Origin: Xanthomonas campestris pv. campestris str. ATCC 33913
GTDB lineage: Bacteria; Pseudomonadota; Gammaproteobacteria; Xanthomonadales; Xanthomonadaceae
Assembly: GCF_000007145.1 (NCBI RefSeq)
Contig: NC_003902.1
Span: forward strand, 2,336,497 to 2,368,496
Length of the DNA: 32,000 nucleotides
Direction of reading: 5' to 3'
A program made the position numbers and the translations under genes. Each line of letters begins with the position of its first letter. Within the stretch, counting starts at the first letter, position 1. Below are positions 9,170 to 15,995 of this stretch, piece by piece. The notes under the pieces were generated by a model. It saw nothing but the letters and a program-made list of their open reading frames with translations, was not told where the DNA came from and made no database searches.

Positions 9170-10240
9170 ATGCCCACCACTCAACGTACGATTGCGACCT
9201 ACAACGTCAATGGCATCGCCAGCCGCCTGCCGCACCTGCTGCAATGGCTGCAACGCGAGCAGCCGGATATCGTGGGGCTGCAGGAATTGAAATCCACGCA
9301 GGAGGCATTTCCGGAACAGGCGATCCGCGATGCGGGCTACGGGGTGATCTGGCAGGGCCAGCGGTCCTGGAACGGCGTGGCACTGCTGGCACGTGGCGCG
9401 GAGCCGGTAGAGATCCGGCGCGGCCTGCCGTGGGATCCGGCGGACACGCAGAGCCGCTATCTGGAGGCCGCCATCCACGGGGTGATCGTGGGTTGCCTGT
9501 ACCTACCGAATGGCAACCCGCAACCCGGGCCGAAGTTCGACTACAAATTGAAGTGGTTCCAGCGCCTGCTCCGGCATGCGGCCACGCTGGTGGCGCTGCC
9601 ACATCCGGTTGCGTTGATCGGCGACTTCAATGTGGTGCCCACCGATGCGCACATCTATGACCCCAAGGGCTGGCGCAAGGACGCATTGCTGCAGCCGGAG
9701 AGCCGCGCCGCGTACGCGCAGTTGCTGGCGCAGGGCTGGACCGACAGCCTGCAGGCCATCCACGGCGATGCACCGGTCTACACGTTCTGGGATTACTTTC
9801 GTCAGCACTTCGCGCGTGACCGCGGGCTGCGCATCGATCATCTCTTGCTCAACCGCACGTTGGCGGCGGGGCTACGCGATGCGGGGGTGGGCAAGTGGGT
9901 GCGTGCGCTGGAGAAGGCCAGCGATCATGCGCCGACCTGGATCACGGTGGATGTGCCAGATACCGATGCAGTGCCAGCAGCTGCGGCCGGGCCTGCACGC
10001 AAGCGCACCAAGGTGAAGGAGGCTGCGGCAAATGCGGGCGAGAAGAAGCCGTCTGCGACGAAGAAGGCCGTAAAGAACGCAGCGAAGACCACTGCGGTCG
10101 CCAAGACAGCTGCAAGGAAGTCTGCCACCAAGAAACCAGTAGCCAAAAAGGCATCGGCAAACACCGCATCAGCCGCAGCTGCAGCCAAGAAGGCAACGCC
10201 CGCCACGACACGCAAGGCTAGCAAACGTCCCAAGGCTTAA
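9170..10240 (+). CDS. xth: exodeoxyribonuclease III with C-terminal Lys/Ala-rich extension
   Basis: ORF trimmed to ATG 9170. EEP-fold motifs are present: TYNVNG, GLQELK, IGDFNV, and DHAPTW near the core end. About 94 extra C-terminal residues are rich in A, K and T. Confidence 0.9.
   Translation: MPTTQRTIATYNVNGIASRLPHLLQWLQREQPDIVGLQELKSTQEAFPEQAIRDAGYGVIWQGQRSWNGVALLARGAEPVEIRRGLPWDPADTQSRYLEAAIHGVIVGCLYLPNGNPQPGPKFDYKLKWFQRLLRHAATLVALPHPVALIGDFNVVPTDAHIYDPKGWRKDALLQPESRAAYAQLLAQGWTDSLQAIHGDAPVYTFWDYFRQHFARDRGLRIDHLLLNRTLAAGLRDAGVGKWVRALEKASDHAPTWITVDVPDTDAVPAAAAGPARKRTKVKEAAANAGEKKPSATKKAVKNAAKTTAVAKTAARKSATKKPVAKKASANTASAAAAAKKATPATTRKASKRPKA
9956..10237 (+). other. histone-H1-like low-complexity tail of Xth
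   Basis: PDTDAVPAAAAGPARKRTKVKEAAANAGEKKPSATKKAVKNAAKTTAVAKTAARKSATKKPVAKKASANTASAAAAAKKATPATTRKASKRPKA. About a quarter of residues are Lys/Arg and very few are acidic. Confidence 0.8.
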
Positions 10241-10512
10241 GCGCGATCACCTAGTCGCTTCAACTTGATCCGCTGCAACACATAGCCGGTGATGCCGGTC
10301 GCCAGGATCAGTGCATTGCTCACGATGAACACCGCATTGCCCACCAGCGCGCTGTAGAGAATAAACAGCAGCGAGGCGGTGATCTGCCCGATGAAGAGCC
10401 AGCGCGATACGCCCTGGTTCTGGTCCGATCGCCATTGTTTGTAGATCTGGCGGATGAGGGTGGCAATGAGGACAGCGCTGGCGAGCCAGCCGACGAGATC
10501 GACAAATTGCAT
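10237..10512 (-). CDS. small 3-TM membrane protein, SemiSWEET/PQ-loop-like
   Basis: ORF trimmed to ATG 10512 (91 aa). Three hydrophobic helices. The pattern IRQIYKQWRS...SRWLF...LYSALVGNAVFIVSNAL resembles bacterial SemiSWEETs, but RQ replaces PQ. Confidence 0.55.
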   Translation of the reverse strand: MQFVDLVGWLASAVLIATLIRQIYKQWRSDQNQGVSRWLFIGQITASLLFILYSALVGNAVFIVSNALILATGITGYVLQRIKLKRLGDRA

Positions 10513-10684
10513 GCGCGAAGCGAGTGAGGGGACGCGGCAACTGTGCCGGCGTGGATGTGGGCGGGGCGTTCGAGCAGGGTCAAGCACACGTGGCGTTGCG
10601 CGGCGCCCCATGGCCACGCGGTACCCGGCATGCGAGCGGCCGGGTATCCTAGCCAGGTCATCCATCGATCGGCCTTTCCTGCTC

Positions 10685-11935
10685 ATGATCAGCTACGCCG
10701 AGGCCCTTGCGATTGTGCAGCAGCAGGTGGCACCGCTTGCGGGCGAATGGGTGAGCAGTACAGAGGCCGAAGGCCGCATCCTGGCGCAGCACGTGTCGAG
10801 CCCGGATGCGTTGCCGCCATTCGACAACAGCGCGATGGACGGCGTGGCGCTGGCCACTGCCGGCAACGGTGCGCGCGCCGGCAGCGACTATGTGATTGCC
10901 GGGACAGTCGCTGCCGGCGAAGTGCCTGCGACCGCTGACGGTGCTGCGTGGGAAATCATGACCGGTGCCGCGTTGCCGGCGGGCGCCGATGCCGTGGTGC
11001 CGATCGAGCAACTCGAGATCCTGGCACAACATGCCGATCGCCCCAGCCTGATCCGCCTGCGTGCCGACGTGCGTGCGGGGCAGCACATCCGGCGCCGCGG
11101 CGAGGACGTGGCGGTCCACGACCGCGTGATCGAAGCCGGCACGCTGTTGCGTGGCGCGCATGCGATGGTGCTGGCCGCGCTGGGCTGCGCGCGCGTGCCA
11201 GTGATGCGCCAGCCGTGCGTGGCGCTGATCGCCACCGGACGCGAGCTGGTGGCCGACCCGGAGCAGCGCTTGTTGCCCGGGCAGATTCGCGATGGCACCA
11301 GCCACTATCTGCTCAGCCAGTTGCGTGCGGCCGGTGCGCGGGTGGTGTGGCAGGCCCAGGTGGGCGACGACCCGGTGGCCTTCGATGCGGCGCTGGCACA
11401 GGCGCGCCAGGCGGGCGCGGATGTGATCCTGAGCACCGGCGCGGTGTCGCGTGGGCGCTACGACTTTGTTCCCGATGCGCTGGCCCGCCACAACGCACAA
11501 TGTCTGTTCCACAAGGTCGCGGTGCGGCCGGGCAAGCCGGTGCTGCTGGCACGCCTGCCGGATGGCGTGCTGTATGTGGGGCTGCCCGGTAACCCAATGG
11601 CGAGCGCGGCAGGACTACGCTTTTTTGTCGAGCCCGCATTGCGAGGCTTGCTTGGCATGCCGCACGAACACGGCCTGCCAGTTTCCTTGCACGCACCGCT
11701 GCCGGCGCGGCCGGTATGGCGCCAGCATCTGCGTGCGCAGCTGACCTGTTCGGCCACGGGCATGCTCAGCGTGCAGGTGTTGCCGCAGCAGGAATCCTTT
11801 CGCGTGGCGCCGTTGCTGCAGGCCAATGTCTGGGCAGTGGTGGAGCCGCAGCCGGACGGCGCTGCACCCAGCACGGTGGCGCAGGTGTACGGCCTGGGCC
11901 ATCTGCAACCCGCTGCGCCGGTATTGGTGCCATGA
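10685..11935 (+). CDS. moeA: molybdopterin molybdenumtransferase MoeA
   Basis: ORF trimmed to ATG 10685. Motifs: PPFDNSAMDGVA, STGAVSRGRYDFV, GLPGNPMAS. Confidence 0.9.
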   Translation: MISYAEALAIVQQQVAPLAGEWVSSTEAEGRILAQHVSSPDALPPFDNSAMDGVALATAGNGARAGSDYVIAGTVAAGEVPATADGAAWEIMTGAALPAGADAVVPIEQLEILAQHADRPSLIRLRADVRAGQHIRRRGEDVAVHDRVIEAGTLLRGAHAMVLAALGCARVPVMRQPCVALIATGRELVADPEQRLLPGQIRDGTSHYLLSQLRAAGARVVWQAQVGDDPVAFDAALAQARQAGADVILSTGAVSRGRYDFVPDALARHNAQCLFHKVAVRPGKPVLLARLPDGVLYVGLPGNPMASAAGLRFFVEPALRGLLGMPHEHGLPVSLHAPLPARPVWRQHLRAQLTCSATGMLSVQVLPQQESFRVAPLLQANVWAVVEPQPDGAAPSTVAQVYGLGHLQPAAPVLVP

Positions 11936-11981
11936 AGGTCTTTGCGCAATCTGCGCAATGGCCTGCAACAGGCACGCCCGC

Positions 11982-12560
11982 ATGACAACCAAACCCGCAG
12001 TCATCGCATGGACCGGTGTGGTGCTGGCGGGCGGGCGTTCCTCGCGCATGGGCCAGGACAAGGCGCTGTTGCCGTGGCATGGCCGCCCCTTGCTTGCGCA
12101 GATGCAGGCGTTGCTGCTGCAAGCCGGCGCGCAGCAGGTGCTGGTCAGCGGCAACTACCCGCAGTTTGCCGGCATTGCCGATGCCCGGGCCGACCTCGGG
12201 CCGCTGGGCGGCCTGGCCAGCGTGATCGACCGCGTTGCCGATGGCACCACCTTGCTGGTGGTGCCGGTCGACATGCCGTTGCTGTCTGGTGCACTGCTGG
12301 CACGCCTGTTGGCACCGCCGGATGCACGCTGCGCCACCTTCGAAGACGAGATGCTGCCGATGCGCGTGCAGGTGGACGCACAGCTCCGCGCTGTCCTGGC
12401 GCAGTTGCTGGAGGCGCCGGCAGCGTCACGTTCGCTGCGCGCCTTGCAGCAATCACTGCAGTGCCATCGCGTGGCCGTCACCGCCACAGAACGTGCCGCG
12501 TTCGTCAATTGCAATACGCCCGCGCAGTGGACTCAGCTCATCCATGAAAATCCAGATTGA
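11982..12560 (+). CDS. mobA: molybdenum cofactor guanylyltransferase MobA
   Basis: ORF trimmed to ATG 11982. N-terminal VLAGGRSSRMGQDKALL and the GPLGGL motif. Confidence 0.85.
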   Translation: MTTKPAVIAWTGVVLAGGRSSRMGQDKALLPWHGRPLLAQMQALLLQAGAQQVLVSGNYPQFAGIADARADLGPLGGLASVIDRVADGTTLLVVPVDMPLLSGALLARLLAPPDARCATFEDEMLPMRVQVDAQLRAVLAQLLEAPAASRSLRALQQSLQCHRVAVTATERAAFVNCNTPAQWTQLIHENPD

Positions 12561-12906
12561 AGGTCAGCACCTGCGGTTCCGTATCGACGAGGCCGAACTG
12601 GCCGCGTTGCTGGATGGGCGCAGCATCGACAACCTGAGCCGGCTGCCAAGCGGGCAGGGCGCGCGATTGGTGCGCCATAGCGTCAGCCTCACCGGCGGGC
12701 ACGCCAGCTGCAATTGCGCCACCGACCACTGGCAGCTGTCGCTCCCGCGCGATGCGCTGGAAGAGCATGCGCGGCGCTTGCCCAGCCGCGATGGGCTGAC
12801 CTTCACCTTCGATGCGGGCGCCGGGCATGCCGAACACATGACCTTGCAGGTGACCTTCGATGTGGACGTGCGCGACAGTGCGCGCAAGCGCTTGCCCAAG
12901 AGCTGA
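12544..12906 (+). CDS. hypothetical protein (120 aa), start overlaps mobA 3' end
   Basis: ATG 12544 lies 17 nt inside mobA. GC3-rich codons run throughout. No family recognised and no obvious SD. Confidence 0.55.
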   Translation: MKIQIEGQHLRFRIDEAELAALLDGRSIDNLSRLPSGQGARLVRHSVSLTGGHASCNCATDHWQLSLPRDALEEHARRLPSRDGLTFTFDAGAGHAEHMTLQVTFDVDVRDSARKRLPKS

Positions 12907-12930
12907 CGCGGTAACACCGCTGCCGCGGAC

Positions 12931-13929
12931 TCAGTCGCCGCTTGGCGGCTCCGCAGCCACGCCCGGCACCTGATCGCAGGCCAGCCCCTGCACGCGCAGC
13001 GCATCGGCGATGCGCTGCGCGTGTGCCGCCTCGAACCCCGCACCGCCGCGCAGCGCGACCACATGCAGGCCGTCGCCGGCCAGCTGGAGCAACAGGGCTT
13101 GCTGCTCGGCTACGTCGGCTGGCAATACGCGGCGTGATGCATCGCGCCGTGCCAGTTCCACCACCGCCTCCGGCACGTCGTGCGCCACCAGCAATACATC
13201 GGCCAGGTTCATCGCGCGCAGTGCCTTGAGCGTGAGCAGGCCGGGATCGCCCGGGCCGGTGCCGACCAATTGCACGCTGCCACGCGCGGGAACCGCGTCG
13301 GCATCCTCCAGCGCCTGGCGAAAGGCCGCATCGGCGGCGGCGGTGTCGCCGCCTTGCAGGAGCAGCGGCACCGGCCCGTCGATCACGCGATCGAACCAGC
13401 GGCGGCGGCGATTCATGTCAGGGAACTGGCTGCGAATGCGCTCGCGGTAGTGCGCGAACAAGCCGGCGAAGGTGCCGACGGAGGCATCGAGCTCACGTTC
13501 CAGCCGCTCACGCAGCCGTCGCGCCAGCATCGGTGCCGCGCCTGCGGAGGAGATCGCAATCACCAACGGGTCGCGGTCGACGATGGCCGGCACTTGATAC
13601 GTGGACAGCTCCGCATCGTCGACCACGTTGACCAGCCGCTGGCGTGCACCCGCGGCGGCGGCCACTTGCTGGTTCAACGCAGTGTCGTCGGTGGCGGCCA
13701 CCACCAGCCACACGTCATCGATCCACGCGGCGTCGAAACTGCCGCGCAGCTGTTCAAAACGCCCGGCCTGCATCAACACCTCCAGTTCCGGCGACAGCGC
13801 GTGCGCGTACAGCCGGATATGGGCGCCGGCCTTGAGCAGGGCCAGTACCTTGCGGGTGGCGACCTCGCCACCGCCGATCACCAGCACTGCGCGTGCCTGC
13901 AGGTTTGCGAACAACGGGAACAACGGCAT
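12931..13929 (-). CDS. precorrin-2 dehydrogenase / sirohydrochlorin ferrochelatase (CysG N-terminal type) fused to a truncated, degenerate SUMT half-domain
   Basis: ORF trimmed to ATG 13929 (332 aa). N-terminus: FANLQARAVLVIGGGEVATRK Rossmann motif and the VVDDAELS...PAIVDRDPLVIAISSAGAAP motif. C-terminus: VGTGPGDPGLLTLKA, then the protein ends right after VPGVAA. Confidence 0.8.
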   Translation of the reverse strand: MPLFPLFANLQARAVLVIGGGEVATRKVLALLKAGAHIRLYAHALSPELEVLMQAGRFEQLRGSFDAAWIDDVWLVVAATDDTALNQQVAAAAGARQRLVNVVDDAELSTYQVPAIVDRDPLVIAISSAGAAPMLARRLRERLERELDASVGTFAGLFAHYRERIRSQFPDMNRRRRWFDRVIDGPVPLLLQGGDTAAADAAFRQALEDADAVPARGSVQLVGTGPGDPGLLTLKALRAMNLADVLLVAHDVPEAVVELARRDASRRVLPADVAEQQALLLQLAGDGLHVVALRGGAGFEAAHAQRIADALRVQGLACDQVPGVAAEPPSGD

Positions 13930-14013
13930 CAGGCTGGCTCCGGGAAAAGATGGCTCGCACCGGCAGCATGTTGCATGGCACCATCGGGCCACGTCCACGC
14001 CTCGCCGCCGCCA

Positions 14014-14586
14014 ATGCGTGTTTTGCTGGTCAACGATACCGAAAAGCCCATTGGCGAACTGCGCCAGGCCTTGTCGCGCGCCGGGTATACGGTGCTCGAC
14101 GATGTGGCATCGGTCAGCGCCTTGCTGCACGCAGTGCAGAGCCAGCAGCCGGATGTGGTGGTGATCGATGTGGATTCGCCCTCGCGCGACACGCTGGAAC
14201 AGTTGTCGATGCTGCATGCGCATGCACCGCGGCCGGTGGTGATGTTTTCCGGCGATGGCGACGATGCGTTGATCCATGCCGCCGTCGGCGCGGGTGTTAC
14301 CGCCTACGTGGTGGATGGGCTGGCGCCGGCGCGGCTGGCGCCGATCGTGCAGGTGGCGCTGGCCCGGTTCGCGCACGAAAACAGCATGCGCAAACGTCTG
14401 GACGAAGTGCAGCAGGCCTTGCAGGACCGCAAGCAGATCGACCGCGCCAAGGGCTTGCTGATGGAAAAACGCGGACTGAGCGAAGCCGATGCGTACGCCG
14501 CGCTGCGCCAGCAGGCGATGAAGCAGGGCGTCAAGCTGGCGGAGGTGGCGCGCCGCATCGTCGCCATGGCCGATCTGTTGGGATGA
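14014..14586 (+). CDS. nasT: ANTAR-domain response-regulator-like antiterminator NasT
   Basis: ORF 13180..14586 trimmed to ATG 14014. REC-like N-terminus (MRVLLVNDTE...VVVIDVDSP) and ANTAR C-terminus (IDRAKGLLMEKRGLSEADAYAALRQQAMKQGVKLAEVARRIV). Confidence 0.9.
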   Translation: MRVLLVNDTEKPIGELRQALSRAGYTVLDDVASVSALLHAVQSQQPDVVVIDVDSPSRDTLEQLSMLHAHAPRPVVMFSGDGDDALIHAAVGAGVTAYVVDGLAPARLAPIVQVALARFAHENSMRKRLDEVQQALQDRKQIDRAKGLLMEKRGLSEADAYAALRQQAMKQGVKLAEVARRIVAMADLLG

Positions 14587-14590
14587 CTAC

Positions 14591-15661
14591 ATGAGCCAAG
14601 CCGAACTTCCCGTGCTGCGCGTGGCCTATATGCCGCTGATCGACTGCGCGCCGCTGGTGGCGGCCAGCCGGCTGGGGTTGGACCACGCGTACGGCCTGCA
14701 GCTGCAGTTGCACCGGCAGGCGTCGTGGGCCGGCGTGCGCGACCGCCTGCTGGCCGGCGAAGTGGACGCTGCCCACACGCTGGCCAGCCTGGTGTATGCG
14801 ATCGACCTGGGCGTTGGTGGCCCGCAATGCCCGATGGCATTGTTGATGACGCTCAACCACAACGGCCAGGCGATCACCCTGGCGCCGGCGCTGGCACAGG
14901 GCGTGGCGGCGGGGCAACCGTTGCCGCAGGTGTTGGCTGAAGCGGGCCGCCGGGTGGTGTTCGCGCAGACCTTTCCCACCGGCACGCACGCGCTGTGGCT
15001 GTACTACTGGTTGGCTGCCTGCGGCGTGGACCCGATGCGCGATGTGGATGTAGTGAGCATCCCGCCACCGCAGATGCCCGAGGCGCTGGCCAGCGGGTTG
15101 GTGGACGGCTACTGCTCCGGCGAGCCGTGGGCCGCCGTGGCCGAAGCGCAGGGCAGCGGGCAGCGGGTGATCCGCAGCGGCGAGCTCTGGCCCGAGCATC
15201 CAGAAAAAGTGCTGGCGTGCCGGCGCGAGTTCGCCGCGCTGCAGCCGGAACTGAGCGAACGCCTGACCGCCTGCGTGCTGGAAGCGTGCCGCTGGCTGGA
15301 TGCGGCGCCCGCCAATCGTGCGCAGTGCGCACAGTGGCTGGCCGATCCTGACTACATCGGCGTGCCGGCCGCACATCTGGCCGCATGCCTGGATGCCGAC
15401 GCGGCCACGGTGTCGGTGGACCCCAGTGCGCTGGCCTTCCATCGCGGTGGCGCGGTGAACATGCCGTGGCTGTCGGATGGCGAGTGGTTCCTGGAACAAT
15501 TCCAGCGTTGGGGCTGGCACACGCTGCAAGCGGCCGACCTCGCGCGCCTGCACGACATCCATCGTTTGGACAACTACCGCCGCGCGGCACAGCGTGCCGG
15601 CGTCACCGCGCCCGACGCGGACAGGCGCATCAACCGCCTGTTCGATACGCCGGCCGCCTGA
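14591..15661 (+). CDS. nasS: cytoplasmic NrtA/CmpA-like nitrate/nitrite-binding sensor NasS
   Basis: Starts 5 nt after the nasT stop. NrtA-type binding-protein pattern (LRVAYMPLIDCAPLV...; GEPW). No signal peptide. Confidence 0.85.
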   Translation: MSQAELPVLRVAYMPLIDCAPLVAASRLGLDHAYGLQLQLHRQASWAGVRDRLLAGEVDAAHTLASLVYAIDLGVGGPQCPMALLMTLNHNGQAITLAPALAQGVAAGQPLPQVLAEAGRRVVFAQTFPTGTHALWLYYWLAACGVDPMRDVDVVSIPPPQMPEALASGLVDGYCSGEPWAAVAEAQGSGQRVIRSGELWPEHPEKVLACRREFAALQPELSERLTACVLEACRWLDAAPANRAQCAQWLADPDYIGVPAAHLAACLDADAATVSVDPSALAFHRGGAVNMPWLSDGEWFLEQFQRWGWHTLQAADLARLHDIHRLDNYRRAAQRAGVTAPDADRRINRLFDTPAA

Positions 15662-15825
15662 GCGCGCAGCGGGGCCGCGACGCACACAGTTGGTGCATCG
15701 CCGCACGAAAGCCGGGCATTGGCTCCGCAGTGGCTCGTGGTCCCGCTGGCATGGCGTGTACTGCGAGGCCGCTGAAATACCTACTTTTCAAGTACTTGCA
15801 CGCGGTGATTGCGAAGTGAAAAAGT

Positions 15826-15841
15826 TGGCACGGTGATTGCG
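15826..15841 (+). promoter_or_regulatory. sigma-54 (-24/-12) promoter of the nitrate assimilation operon
   Basis: TGGCACGGTGATTGCG is an exact fit to TGGCACG-N4-TTGC. It lies 155 nt upstream of the narK ATG. Confidence 0.7.
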
Positions 15842-15854
15842 TAGCACCACGTGT

Positions 15855-15938
15855 GGGTGCAACGGCGCACTCGCCACAACACGAACACGATGCAGCGGGT
15901 CAACGGCGATCCGCGCGCATCCAGGACAACGGCGTCCT
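15855..15938 (+). promoter_or_regulatory. three hexaloop (AACGGC) hairpins, candidate ANTAR/NasT binding sites
   Basis: GGGTGC-AACGGC-GCACTC (15855-15872), GGGTC-AACGGC-GATCC (15897-15912) and AGGAC-AACGGC-GTCCT (15923-15938). Each loop has A at position 1 and G at position 4. Confidence 0.65.
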
Positions 15939-15970
15939 TCCGGTTTACCGGAGGGGCGCCGTTTTTTTTT
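15929..15970 (+). terminator. intrinsic terminator / attenuator in the nas leader
   Basis: ACGGCGTCCTTCCGG-TTTA-CCGGAGGGGCGCCGT forms a 15-bp stem (13 Watson-Crick plus 2 G-U pairs) followed by a T9 run. It ends about 25 nt before the narK ATG. Confidence 0.85.
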
Positions 15971-15995
15971 GGCCATCGCATTCGGAGATGCCTCT

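Noticed and set aside
9956-10237. Possible DNA-level tandem repeat or contingency locus in the Lys/Ala-rich region
   Set aside because: The repetition is at the amino-acid composition level (GCN/AAR codons). No exact nucleotide repeat unit is discernible, and the minus-strand ORFs there (9925..10233, 9942..10211) are mirror artefacts.
10513-10684. Possible Moco riboswitch upstream of moeA (hairpin TACCCGGC...GCCGGGTA at 10622-10646)
   Set aside because: Only a single 8-bp hairpin is visible. I could not find the multi-stem architecture or conserved core of the Moco RNA motif. A covariance-model scan would be needed to revive this idea.
12907-12930. Short hairpin GCGGT-AAC-ACCGC between the convergent 12544..12906 and CysG-like genes, as a terminator
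   Set aside because: The stem is only 5 bp with no U tract on either strand, which is too weak to call.
13180-14013. N-terminal 278 codons of ORF 13180..14586, which would make NasT 468 aa
   Set aside because: The extension is antisense to the CysG-like gene and low-complexity. The REC domain begins at ATG 14014 (MRVLLVND). Similar upstream extensions were trimmed for 19..231, 4273..4428, 5784..5900, 9083..9169, 10454..10684, 11826..11981, 15837..15995, 17032..17226, 19709..20038, 29972..30010 and 31583..31696.
14531-15706. 391-aa minus-strand ORF opposite nasS
   Set aside because: A shadow ORF. nasS on the plus strand has the NrtA-like pattern and is tightly coupled to nasT.
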